Source: an uncultured Bacteroides sp. (GTDB lineage: Bacteria > Bacteroidota > Bacteroidia > Bacteroidales > Bacteroidaceae). From it: DNA of 64,000 nucleotides. The translations under genes were made by a program, and so were the position numbers. This document shows, piece after piece, positions 29,065 through 42,323 of this stretch (positions within the stretch are counted from its first letter, which is position 1; each line of letters begins with the position of its first letter). The stretch spans positions 9,654 to 73,653 of the forward strand of contig NZ_CALDPF010000055.1 in NCBI RefSeq assembly GCF_937912035.1, in the 5' to 3' direction. The notes under the pieces are model-generated. The model was not told where the DNA came from, did not search any database, and was given only the letters and a program-made list of their open reading frames with translations.

Positions 29065-30600
29065 ATGAGTAAGTATTTACTTTTGTCTTTATTACTGTCG
29101 GTTTTATTATTTTCGTGTAATTCTGTACATAGAGTCTATTACGTAGACTCGTCTTGCGGTTCTGATGACTTTTCTGGTTTGTCACCAGATAAAGCCTGGA
29201 AAACAGTTAAGAACATTAAGAATATAAAACTAGAACCAGGTGATCAGTTGTTGTTCAAACGTGGTGAGGTTTTCATTGGTGAGTTTGAAATATCGGCTAG
29301 TGGGACATATAATGACAGAATCACAGTAGGCGCATATGGAGAAGCTGAAGAGAAGCCACTTATTGTCGGCAATGATGTTTCTATGTATGCAATGAAAGTC
29401 TATAATTCAAATTATTTGACAATAAAGGATCTTGAAATTGTAAATAAGGGACATGAACCTTTACCAAAGAGAACTGGTCTTAAAATAGAATGTAAAGATT
29501 ATGGGGTCTCAAAGGGTATTATTGTAGATAATATAACAGTTCGCGACGTAAACGGTTCATTGGTTAAGGAACAAGGTGGAGGATCAGGTATATTGATAGT
29601 AAACTCTGGAGACAGCTTGAAATCACGATTCGATAGTCTGGTTATTGAAAATTGCCATATTTTGCGTTGCGAAAGAAATGCCATGATATGGAGTGGATAT
29701 TATGACAGAAATAATTGGTTCCCAAACAAACATGTTATAATCAGAAATAATCTTATAGAAGGTGTTCCTGGAGATGGAATAGTTCCAATAGGCTGCGATA
29801 GTACTCTTATAGAATATAATGTGATGAGAAACTGCCCGGATGTACTTCCTATGACAGAAGCTGCGGCAGGTTTCTGGCCGTGGAGTTGTGACAATACAGT
29901 TATTCAATATAATGTAGTTTCTGACCATAAGGCTCCATGGGATGCTCAGGGATTTGATTCTGATTATAACTGTAATAACACTACTATCCAGTATAATTAT
30001 AGTCATGATAATTATGGTGGAATGGTACTGGTTTGTAACTCAGGAAATGCAGGAAAGTATAATATAGGGAACAATAATTCCATTATAAAGTATAATATAA
30101 GTATTGGCGATGGAATACGTCCAAAAACTACCAGAGCAGGAATGTTTTCACCAAGCATACACATAGCAGGACCGGTAAGAAACACATTGATAGAAAGAAA
30201 TATTATTCACTCTAATCACAGAGGGAAAAAAGATATAGACAGGTCATTAATTGTTTCTGATTCATGGGACGGATATTCAGATAATACAATTTTCAGAAAG
30301 AATATCTTCTACACAGTAGATATTGGTGATTTTGATTTAACTGAATCTACAAATAACAAATTCGATTCGAACTGGTATATCGGTTTGTATGAATCCTATC
30401 CAAAAGATGAATGTGCCCTTAAAACAAGTGACGTTTATAAGAAACTTATTATTGAAAATGATTCAGATGGATATACCGGATTACAAAAATTAATGTCAGA
30501 AAAAGTTATCTGTGGTAAGCAATTTTTCTTCGTTGATAAAAATAAAATTGAGAGTTTTTTTAATACAATGGACGAAGAATTAGTGCAAAAGTCTGAATAA
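29065..30600 (+). CDS. Right-handed beta-helix lipoprotein, GH136 (lacto-N-biosidase)-like
   Basis: Lipobox LFSC, YYVDS..G.D...G.SP..AWKT, PGD.LLFKRG, GDGIV, AGFWPWS, DAQGFDSDYN, QYNYSHDN.GG. Confidence 0.65.
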   Translation: MSKYLLLSLLLSVLLFSCNSVHRVYYVDSSCGSDDFSGLSPDKAWKTVKNIKNIKLEPGDQLLFKRGEVFIGEFEISASGTYNDRITVGAYGEAEEKPLIVGNDVSMYAMKVYNSNYLTIKDLEIVNKGHEPLPKRTGLKIECKDYGVSKGIIVDNITVRDVNGSLVKEQGGGSGILIVNSGDSLKSRFDSLVIENCHILRCERNAMIWSGYYDRNNWFPNKHVIIRNNLIEGVPGDGIVPIGCDSTLIEYNVMRNCPDVLPMTEAAAGFWPWSCDNTVIQYNVVSDHKAPWDAQGFDSDYNCNNTTIQYNYSHDNYGGMVLVCNSGNAGKYNIGNNNSIIKYNISIGDGIRPKTTRAGMFSPSIHIAGPVRNTLIERNIIHSNHRGKKDIDRSLIVSDSWDGYSDNTIFRKNIFYTVDIGDFDLTESTNNKFDSNWYIGLYESYPKDECALKTSDVYKKLIIENDSDGYTGLQKLMSEKVICGKQFFFVDKNKIESFFNTMDEELVQKSE

Positions 30601-30623
30601 AATTAATCTTTTATCATATAAAA

Positions 30624-30673
30624 ATGGCATATGAGTTGGTAATAGCAATCCATCCTCACATGCCATCTTTTTT
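30624..30673. terminator. Probable terminator between convergent genes
   Basis: ATGGCATATGAG / CTCACATGCCAT arms, A-run before and T-run after. Confidence 0.55.
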
Positions 30674-30747
30674 ATAACAGAAATTGTCGGATTTCAAGAA
30701 ATAGTATCAACAATGAATCTTATATTTCTGTTAAAGTTCTGATTTTA

Positions 30748-34407
<3,660 letters not shown>

Positions 34408-34416
34408 TTATACACA

Positions 34417-36000
34417 TTATAATTTCTCTTTAAGTTTTTCTTCAATAGGGTCTTTGTACTGTGCCTGAAGTTTTCTAAGTTCCTTCATCATGTCTTCAGT
34501 TATCTGTTCATAACCTTCTTTACCGTAAAGATTGTTCATTTCTTTTGGATCTTCCTGCAAGTCATAAAGTTCCCAAGAATCAATATCATTATAGAAATGA
34601 ATAAGCTTATATCTTTCTGTGCGAACACCATAATGACGTTTTACCATATGTTCTGCAGGATATTCATAGAAATGATAGTAAAGCGACTTACGCCAATCAG
34701 CTGGTTTCTCACCTTTCAGTAAAGGAAGTACTGATACTCCTTGTATATCTTCAGGTATCTCAGCACCAGCTAAATCTAGGAATGTTGCCGCATGATCAAT
34801 ATTCTGTACCATTTGAGGAATTTCACCTTTAGCTTTAGTCTTGAAATCATCAGGAATACGCATTACAAGTGGTGTACGCATAGATTCTTCGTACATGAAA
34901 CGTTTATCGAACCAACCATGCTCTCCCATATAGAAACCTTGGTCTGAAGTATAAACTATAAGAGTGTTCTTCATCAATCCTTTTTGTTCCAAATAATCAA
35001 GCAATTGGCCTACATTGTCGTCAAATGATTTCAGGACTTTGGCATAATCACGCATATATCTCTGGTATTTCCATTCTGCCAGTTCTTTACCTTTAGGATT
35101 TTTCTTGTAAAATTCATCTATGATAGGTTGGTAGAAGTCTTCATAAACTTTACGATCTTCAGGATCAAGTCTGTTAATCATTGCCTCGTATGTTGACTTA
35201 AGACGGCTGTTCTTATCGGCTCTGTACATCTTTGTGTCATACATAATATCCATATCCTTAAGAATGCCCATTTCCTGAGTTTTTGCAGCTTCTCTACCTT
35301 CATAATCGTCATAGAAATTATCAGGCATCTCAAAAGTTTTGTCTTCATATAGAGACAGATATTTCAATTCAGGCAACCAGTTACGGTGACAGGCTTTGTG
35401 ATGTACAAACAGACAGAAAGGTTTATTCTTGTCTCTTTGATTCTCTAACCAGTTAATACTCTTTTCAGTAATAATATTGGTCAGATATCCTTTCTCAGTA
35501 ATAGTATCGTTGTTCATTTCGATGAAGCGAGGATTGTAGTAGTCACCTTGTCCTGGGAGTATTTCCCAATAGTCAAAACCTGTAGGCAGACTCTCAAGGT
35601 GCCATTTACCGATGATAGCTGTCTGATAACCTGCTTTTTGAAGCAGTTTTGGCATAGTCTGCTGTGTACCGTCGAAAATACAAGTTGTATTATCATAAAA
35701 TCCGTTTGCATGACTATGTTTTCCTGTAAACATGCATGCACGGCTTGGCCCACTGAGCGAATTGGCTACAAAACTATTGGTAAACTTCACACCCTCTGCC
35801 GCTATGCGATCAAGGTTAGGAGTCTCGACATAACGATTGTCATAACAACTCATCATCTGTGATGTGTGGTCGTCAGTCATTATATATACTATATTATACT
35901 GCTGTTCCTTTTCTTTTTTCTCTTCGGAACATGAAGTTGCCGATATAATGGCTGCTGTACCTGCAATATAAACCGACAGTCTATTATATATTATATTCAT
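34417..36000 (-). CDS. Ser-type S1 sulfatase, resembling S1_11 (GlcNAc-6-sulfatase) subfamily; lipoprotein
   Basis: IMTDDH, NSLSGPSRA (SxPxR), GKWHL, YTSDQGFYMGEHGWFDKRFMYEES, YYHFYEYP. Confidence 0.85.
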   Translation of the reverse strand: MNIIYNRLSVYIAGTAAIISATSCSEEKKEKEQQYNIVYIMTDDHTSQMMSCYDNRYVETPNLDRIAAEGVKFTNSFVANSLSGPSRACMFTGKHSHANGFYDNTTCIFDGTQQTMPKLLQKAGYQTAIIGKWHLESLPTGFDYWEILPGQGDYYNPRFIEMNNDTITEKGYLTNIITEKSINWLENQRDKNKPFCLFVHHKACHRNWLPELKYLSLYEDKTFEMPDNFYDDYEGREAAKTQEMGILKDMDIMYDTKMYRADKNSRLKSTYEAMINRLDPEDRKVYEDFYQPIIDEFYKKNPKGKELAEWKYQRYMRDYAKVLKSFDDNVGQLLDYLEQKGLMKNTLIVYTSDQGFYMGEHGWFDKRFMYEESMRTPLVMRIPDDFKTKAKGEIPQMVQNIDHAATFLDLAGAEIPEDIQGVSVLPLLKGEKPADWRKSLYYHFYEYPAEHMVKRHYGVRTERYKLIHFYNDIDSWELYDLQEDPKEMNNLYGKEGYEQITEDMMKELRKLQAQYKDPIEEKLKEKL

Positions 36001-36042
36001 GATATTAAATTTAAAATTATAAATTTCGTATTGTATTAAATT

Positions 36043-37863
36043 TTACTTTTGGATATTAACACCGATTTCGTTAATATCAACTTTGGCTGGATTTCCATTT
36101 ACTGAAACTGCATCCAAACGTATAAACCTAATATTGCTGGCTTCATCGATAGATATAGTTTGAGGAATTGGATTGTTCATTATGTTACTGAATTCACTGT
36201 CTTTCTTAATTGTTTTCCAGTTCTTCCCATCCGTACTTACAGCAAACGAATACTTGAATGCCATATCAGGCTTTGCTTCGGCTTTGGCAGGAGCATATGT
36301 AAATGCAGAAAGTGAAACCTTTTGTCCAAGATCAATTACCAGTGGAGAATTTGAAATTATCTTCCAGCCATCACGTGATAGGTTGTTCCATTTCTGATTA
36401 ACAGCATCATCAGTAAGTGGTCTTGCGTAGTATGCGGCTACATTACATATATTAGCCTTGTTCCTTGAAGCAGTAAGAGTAATACGTATTTTTTCAGCCT
36501 TTGTAGTCGGGAATCTGAATATTCTTTTATATCCAACAGTCGTTCCCTGTGCTACAGTTTTCCACTGTCCGTCAGTTAATGCTTCTACATCAACAGCTTC
36601 TACTCTTTGACCTTTTGATATATCTTCCTGAAGCATTATTACGTTGATTTCAGAATTTGCTTTAAGTGTATATTCCTTTTGCTCTCCTTGAGCTGCTGCC
36701 CAAAGTTTATTACCGTCGGTAACTTTATTATCTGCAAAGGTCTCATCAAGATAGGTCTTGAATTCTTTTAGTCTGTTTACATCGGCTTCATTGATTAGTC
36801 CCTTTGTATCAGGAGGTATATTTAGAAGTAATACTGAATTATACCCAACAGACTGGAAATAGATGTCGGTAAGGTGTTTGAGAGATTTTACTTTATTGTC
36901 TTGATCCTCATGATAGAACCATCCCGGACGGATAGATACATCAACTTCTGACGGATACCAGAACATTTCCTTTGCTTTAGCAAGAATTTCTCTTCCACCT
37001 AGATCTTTTGACATATTATTGATGCCTAAAGTTTTATTGTTTTCTGCCGCACGCGCATACACTCCAGGAGTAATCACTGTTGCACTCCATTCAGTTTCAC
37101 GACCAATACCCTTTTCATTACCAACCCAACGTACATCATCACCCATAATAGCTGTAACAGCTTTTGGCTGAAGAGTACGTATTGTAGAATAAAAAGCATC
37201 CCAGTCATATATCTGTTTCTTACCGTTAGGACCTTCTCCGTTGGCTCCATCAAACCATACTTCATGTACTTCACCATAGTTGGTTAATAGTTCAGTAAGC
37301 TGCTCAATGAAAAATTTGTTATACGCAGGAGAATCCCCATAACATTCAGCATTTCTATCCCATGGAGAAAGATAAACTCCGAATCTCATGCCGTATTTAT
37401 CACAGGCATTACGTAGTTCTTTTACTACATCTCCTTTACCTCCTTTCCATGGAGAGGACTCTACAGAGTGTTTAGTAGTTTTTGTAGGCCAAAGACAAAA
37501 ACCATCATGATGTTTTGCTGTGATGATAACCATTTTGAAGCCGGCATCTTTAAGAGTACGGACCCATTGTTCTGCGTCAAGTTCTGTAGGATTAAATAAG
37601 GCAGGATCTTCATTTCCGTCACCCCATTCACGTCCGGTGAAAGTATTTATACCAAAATGCAGAAAAGCCGTCAACTCCATTTTTTGCCACTCTAACTGTT
37701 GTGGTGTAGGAACTAGACGAGATGCCATATCAACTTTCTGCTCAATTGTTATACCCTCTGGAAATTCCAGATGTTTTGTGTAATATTCTTCATTTGTTGT
37801 ACAAGAACAAAGAGAAAAGATAGGACATAATGCTATTGTCCTGAAAAAAAAATTACAGTTCAT
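36043..37863 (-). CDS. GH29 alpha-L-fucosidase with C-terminal F5/8-type domains
   Basis: FLHFGINTF, TAKHHDGFCLWP, YLSPWDR, EVWFDGA, RWVGNE, DVSIRPGWFYH; start at MNCNFF. Confidence 0.92.
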   Translation of the reverse strand: MNCNFFFRTIALCPIFSLCSCTTNEEYYTKHLEFPEGITIEQKVDMASRLVPTPQQLEWQKMELTAFLHFGINTFTGREWGDGNEDPALFNPTELDAEQWVRTLKDAGFKMVIITAKHHDGFCLWPTKTTKHSVESSPWKGGKGDVVKELRNACDKYGMRFGVYLSPWDRNAECYGDSPAYNKFFIEQLTELLTNYGEVHEVWFDGANGEGPNGKKQIYDWDAFYSTIRTLQPKAVTAIMGDDVRWVGNEKGIGRETEWSATVITPGVYARAAENNKTLGINNMSKDLGGREILAKAKEMFWYPSEVDVSIRPGWFYHEDQDNKVKSLKHLTDIYFQSVGYNSVLLLNIPPDTKGLINEADVNRLKEFKTYLDETFADNKVTDGNKLWAAAQGEQKEYTLKANSEINVIMLQEDISKGQRVEAVDVEALTDGQWKTVAQGTTVGYKRIFRFPTTKAEKIRITLTASRNKANICNVAAYYARPLTDDAVNQKWNNLSRDGWKIISNSPLVIDLGQKVSLSAFTYAPAKAEAKPDMAFKYSFAVSTDGKNWKTIKKDSEFSNIMNNPIPQTISIDEASNIRFIRLDAVSVNGNPAKVDINEIGVNIQK

Positions 37864-38091
37864 ATTTATATATAGTTTTGGGATTTCCAAAAGAGAAGTA
37901 TTAGCAAATATCGGATAAAAAAGATGTATAATCAATAAAAAAAATTTAAGGTTATTATTTGCTGTTGTTTAATTCTACTCTGCAAATATATAAAACTAAT
38001 CCAATAATAATACCATTAATATAAAACAAACTGAATAAAAAAAACATTAGAAAACAAAATTCTACAAAAATACACATGTTTCTAAGTTATA

Positions 38092-41000
38092 TTACTGTAA
38101 ATTTTCATTGATATAATGCTTTTTATATTGTGTAGGAGTAACTCCGGTATATTGTTTAAAGGATGTACTAAAATATCGTGCCGATGCAAAACCTACTTTA
38201 TCAGAGATTTCATTAAAATTCAGATCACTTTCTCTTATTAATTTCATTGCTTGCTCAATCCTTATCTTATTTATATAATCATTTGCTCCCATATCTGTTA
38301 TAGCTTTTAATTTATTATACAAAGATGCACGACTCATTCCTATTTGGTTACATATATAAGGAATATCAAGTTCTGTGTTATCAAGATTTTCTATTATTGT
38401 TTGATTAAGTTTATCCATAAAAAGTGTATCTTTTCTAGTCAAATCACTATCTACAGATACTGGTAAATTACCAATCTGTTGGTAATGTCGTTTTGTTTGA
38501 ATTCTATTATATAGTTTGTTTACTACTTTAGCCAGTAATTCTTCAATTTCAAAAGGTTTTTCCAAATAGCTGTCGGCTCCCATCATATAGCCATACTGAC
38601 GGCTATCTTCATCATTTCTGGCAGTAAGTAGAATAAAAGGTATATGGCTTACAGAAATATTCTCTTTAACAGCCTTACATAACTCATAGCCATTCATTAT
38701 GGGCATCATAACATCGCTCACAACAATATCAGGAAATTCTTTACATATCATTTTATAAGCTTGCTCTCCATCGTAAGCTATCAATACACGCTTAAATTGT
38801 TCCTTAAAATCTTCTGCTAAATAATTAACTAAAGTTGAATTATCATCAACTATCAGTACCACATAATCCTTCAGATTAATACTTTTTATCTTGTCTTTAT
38901 CAGGCATCGCGATTTCTATAGACGATTGCGATGACAGTAGCTCATTTAAGTAATTATTATTTTGTGGTATTTCTTCGGAAATATTTTGAACAGTTGGTAA
39001 TTCAAAATAAAATGTAGCTCCTTTGTCAGGGTTATTATATGCTCCTATTTTCCCTTTATGCAATTCTACTAGAATTTTTGAATAAGATAATCCAATGCCA
39101 GTTCCTTCATGTTCTTTATCCCCTTGATAAAAACGGACAAAGAGTTTCTCTGTATCAACATTTTTAAGACCAACACCCTGATCGGAAACAGAAATCCTTA
39201 CATTCTTTTCATCTTCTGTAAGCTCTGTTCGTATAATTATTTTAGAATCCTGTGGACTATGTTTAATGGCATTCATAAGTAGATTGGACAAAATAACCAT
39301 ACATTTATCTTTATCAAAACCAATTTTGCCTATGTTGTTATCAAGTTGAAGTTCTATGCTTCCTGTTTTATCTTCACCATCTACAAAATTTGAACTGACT
39401 TCCTCAATCCATTGATTCAAATCGTAGCTCTGAATATCGAGATGTGTCATTGTCATTTCCATTTTTCTGGCATCCAGAACCATGCTGATAAGATCTTTCA
39501 TTCTCTGTGCCTGATGGAATGCTATGTTCAACTGTCTAAAATATCGGTCTGAAGGTTGTATAGAATCAATAACTTTCTTCAATGGTGCATAAATCAATGT
39601 CAAAGGTGTTCTAAGCTCATGACTTATATTAATAAGAAATCTGACTTTTTCTTCATAGATCTTTTGTTCATGTTCTTTCAACATCCATTTAACACGACGG
39701 TCCTTTTTCCGTAATGCAGCAACAATAATTACTAAAACAATGAATAAGAACAGTATTGACATAATCATAATAAACCACCATGATTTATACCACGGGGGAA
39801 GTATAATAAGAGTTAATACATTTTTATTCTTAGCCCATCCACCATCTTTTTTTGTGTAGCTTACCATTATAGGATAAGTTCCAGATGCGAGCGAAGGAAT
39901 ATTCAATTCACTATTATAACTTGTAAAGGCATTATCCGAATGACTGTCTAATATATAATGAAACTGACGTGGACGAAGAATATCATCTCCTTCAACCAAA
40001 AAACGAATTTTGATGTTGCGTGAGTTCCATGGTAAAGATATTTCTCCATTTTTTATACAGTTCATCATATTTATTCCACCCACTGATAACTCCATAATAA
40101 CCACATTGGCTTCTTTCATCTCGTCCGGTCTAAGACTAAAGGCTTCAGATTCAATACTTAACAATCCGTTTACTCCTCCTAAATAAATCCGTTCCGAATT
40201 AGATAAGAGTTTAGGCTTTTGTAAGTATTCATTTTTAAGTACCCCGTCAGACTCTCCATACAGTATAAACTTTTTGTCTGAAGGATAATATGCAAAAAGT
40301 TCCTGTCCTGCACCTATCCAGACGCGTCCTCTCTCATCGCATAAAACAGATTTAGCTTCTTTAAAAAGCGAATTTTTAATTTGAGACAATTCTCCATTGA
40401 TATATGTATAGAGTCCTTTTGTTCCCACTATCCATAGAACACCATTATAATCTATTGATACTGAATTAATAAAATATGGTATGTCCGAATGGAATATGGA
40501 GTGAATATGTTTACCTGCCTTGGGTATTTTATAAATAGTTTGGGTATTATGAAAATAAGAATATAAGCTATCCTTACCAATGTAACACAACATTCCCAGT
40601 GAAACTTCAGATGTTAAGTTTATTAATTCCTCAGTCATACCTGTAGAAACATTGTATCTTACTACAGGATTTGTCAATAGGAGAATATTATTTTCTGTTT
40701 CATTGTAAAGATTGGTTGAGAGTCTGCTGTATTTTATATAATTACTTAACTTATCTTGGCTTAATTCAAAGGGACGCTTCTCACCTGTTTCTTTATTAAA
40801 GAAAAAAAGACCTTTAGAAAAAATTGATACCAATAATTCCGTAGAAGAATATTTACAGATAGATACTATTTTATCACCCCAACTAGTCGGATAATGCTTA
40901 ATGGAATTATGCTTTTCGTCCAATCTATTTATACCTCCTCCATCTGTTCCTATCCATATATACTCAGAATCAGGCTCTTGATAGAGCGTAAGGACAGTGT

Positions 41001-42048
41001 TTTCACTTAATCCATTGTTATTACCTAATGCCACACTTGAGTATGTAATCATATAACTCAATCTGGCATTTATTAATCCACCACGAGTTGTGGCGAGCCA
41101 TATATTATTCCCTTTTCTGCTACCATGAATATTCAGAATTGTATTTACAGGCAATGTATGTATATTACCTGATTCGTGTTTTAGTACTTGGATATTTCCA
41201 TTCTCAGGATTAATGATATTTACTCCGCCTCCGTCTGTACCAATCCAGATCATATCATTTATCAATGTCATGCATAATATTAAATCACTGCTTAAGTTGG
41301 AATTTTGAGACGTATATTGTGCAACCAGACTACCATCTCTGGCAATTTTTTTTACACCGTTATTATAGTCAGTAATCCATAAAAAGCCTTTATTGTCAAT
41401 ACATAGATCAGAATAATTATTACTTTCCAGAAAGATATTCTGCTTTAATTCATCCTTTTCTATATCATATAATACAACTTTATTATTACGATTTGAACAT
41501 ACTATTGTGTTGTTATCCCAAAATACCATCCTTTTTATAGAGAAATCAATTTCATTTCCTAGTTCAGAAAATATCTTTGTAGACTTAGTTTCATAACTGT
41601 ATTTATATAATTTATTATTTACTCCAAATAGAAGTCCATCTTCTATCTCGCATACAGCACCTGCTACTATAGATTTCCCATCATTTAAATAATATGGTAT
41701 GAAATCATCTTTTTCTTTTGAATATATCAATATTCCATTTGTGGAGAGAAACCAAAGCTGTTTGTTCTTATCTTCTACAATTTGAAAAATTCTTCTATTA
41801 GACACTTCGGATTCTAAGGAAGGTATGAAATACTTCTTTAATTCAAGGCCATCATATCTGATTATTCCGTCTGAAGTATCAAGCCAAACTACACCGTTAC
41901 TTTCTTCAAAAACATAATTAACGTATGAAGGCATTCCCTGCTTTAATCCTATTTGGATAAAGCTATAACTATTTCTTGCATTAAGTGTGTCACAAAAAAG
42001 AATACTTAATATAATAATCGAAAGTATATATTGCAATGTATTTTTCAT
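38092..42048 (-). CDS. Hybrid two-component system sensor kinase/response regulator (HTCS)
   Basis: Beta-propeller repeats (WIGTDGGG), PPWYKSWW TM, ISHELRTPLTLI, NLLMNAIKH, GTGIGL, receiver SDVMMP, AraC tail VGF..ARYFS..FK...GVTP. Confidence 0.93.
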   Translation of the reverse strand: MKNTLQYILSIIILSILFCDTLNARNSYSFIQIGLKQGMPSYVNYVFEESNGVVWLDTSDGIIRYDGLELKKYFIPSLESEVSNRRIFQIVEDKNKQLWFLSTNGILIYSKEKDDFIPYYLNDGKSIVAGAVCEIEDGLLFGVNNKLYKYSYETKSTKIFSELGNEIDFSIKRMVFWDNNTIVCSNRNNKVVLYDIEKDELKQNIFLESNNYSDLCIDNKGFLWITDYNNGVKKIARDGSLVAQYTSQNSNLSSDLILCMTLINDMIWIGTDGGGVNIINPENGNIQVLKHESGNIHTLPVNTILNIHGSRKGNNIWLATTRGGLINARLSYMITYSSVALGNNNGLSENTVLTLYQEPDSEYIWIGTDGGGINRLDEKHNSIKHYPTSWGDKIVSICKYSSTELLVSIFSKGLFFFNKETGEKRPFELSQDKLSNYIKYSRLSTNLYNETENNILLLTNPVVRYNVSTGMTEELINLTSEVSLGMLCYIGKDSLYSYFHNTQTIYKIPKAGKHIHSIFHSDIPYFINSVSIDYNGVLWIVGTKGLYTYINGELSQIKNSLFKEAKSVLCDERGRVWIGAGQELFAYYPSDKKFILYGESDGVLKNEYLQKPKLLSNSERIYLGGVNGLLSIESEAFSLRPDEMKEANVVIMELSVGGINMMNCIKNGEISLPWNSRNIKIRFLVEGDDILRPRQFHYILDSHSDNAFTSYNSELNIPSLASGTYPIMVSYTKKDGGWAKNKNVLTLIILPPWYKSWWFIMIMSILFLFIVLVIIVAALRKKDRRVKWMLKEHEQKIYEEKVRFLINISHELRTPLTLIYAPLKKVIDSIQPSDRYFRQLNIAFHQAQRMKDLISMVLDARKMEMTMTHLDIQSYDLNQWIEEVSSNFVDGEDKTGSIELQLDNNIGKIGFDKDKCMVILSNLLMNAIKHSPQDSKIIIRTELTEDEKNVRISVSDQGVGLKNVDTEKLFVRFYQGDKEHEGTGIGLSYSKILVELHKGKIGAYNNPDKGATFYFELPTVQNISEEIPQNNNYLNELLSSQSSIEIAMPDKDKIKSINLKDYVVLIVDDNSTLVNYLAEDFKEQFKRVLIAYDGEQAYKMICKEFPDIVVSDVMMPIMNGYELCKAVKENISVSHIPFILLTARNDEDSRQYGYMMGADSYLEKPFEIEELLAKVVNKLYNRIQTKRHYQQIGNLPVSVDSDLTRKDTLFMDKLNQTIIENLDNTELDIPYICNQIGMSRASLYNKLKAITDMGANDYINKIRIEQAMKLIRESDLNFNEISDKVGFASARYFSTSFKQYTGVTPTQYKKHYINENLQ

Positions 42049-42161
42049 ATTTTTCCCATTATATGACAAAGATAAAAAAATATCGGAAGAACTTCAATTA
42101 TATAATTATAAATAAGACTCTATTACTATGAGAAATTACAATAATGTATAATAATATTCTA

Positions 42162-42204
42162 AAAATAGCTATTTAGCCAAAAATGGAAATGAAAATAGCT
42201 ATTT
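42162..42204. promoter_or_regulatory. Duplicated palindrome, candidate regulator site between HTCS and susC
   Basis: AAAATAGCTATTT at 42162 and 42192; core AAATAGCTATTT is a perfect palindrome. Confidence 0.5.
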
Positions 42205-42231
42205 GTGAACATAAAGAAAAATGGCAAAACT

Positions 42232-42239
42232 TAGATTTG
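42232..42239 (+). promoter_or_regulatory. -7 promoter element for susC
   Basis: TAGATTTG; divergent TATCTTTG on minus strand at 42067-42074 for HTCS. Confidence 0.6.
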
Positions 42240-42323
42240 CAACGTGATTTGAAATTAATAGTAGAAAAAACAAAAATCTAAAGTATAATTTTCATTTTAA
42301 TGTTTAACTAAAATTTAGTATTA

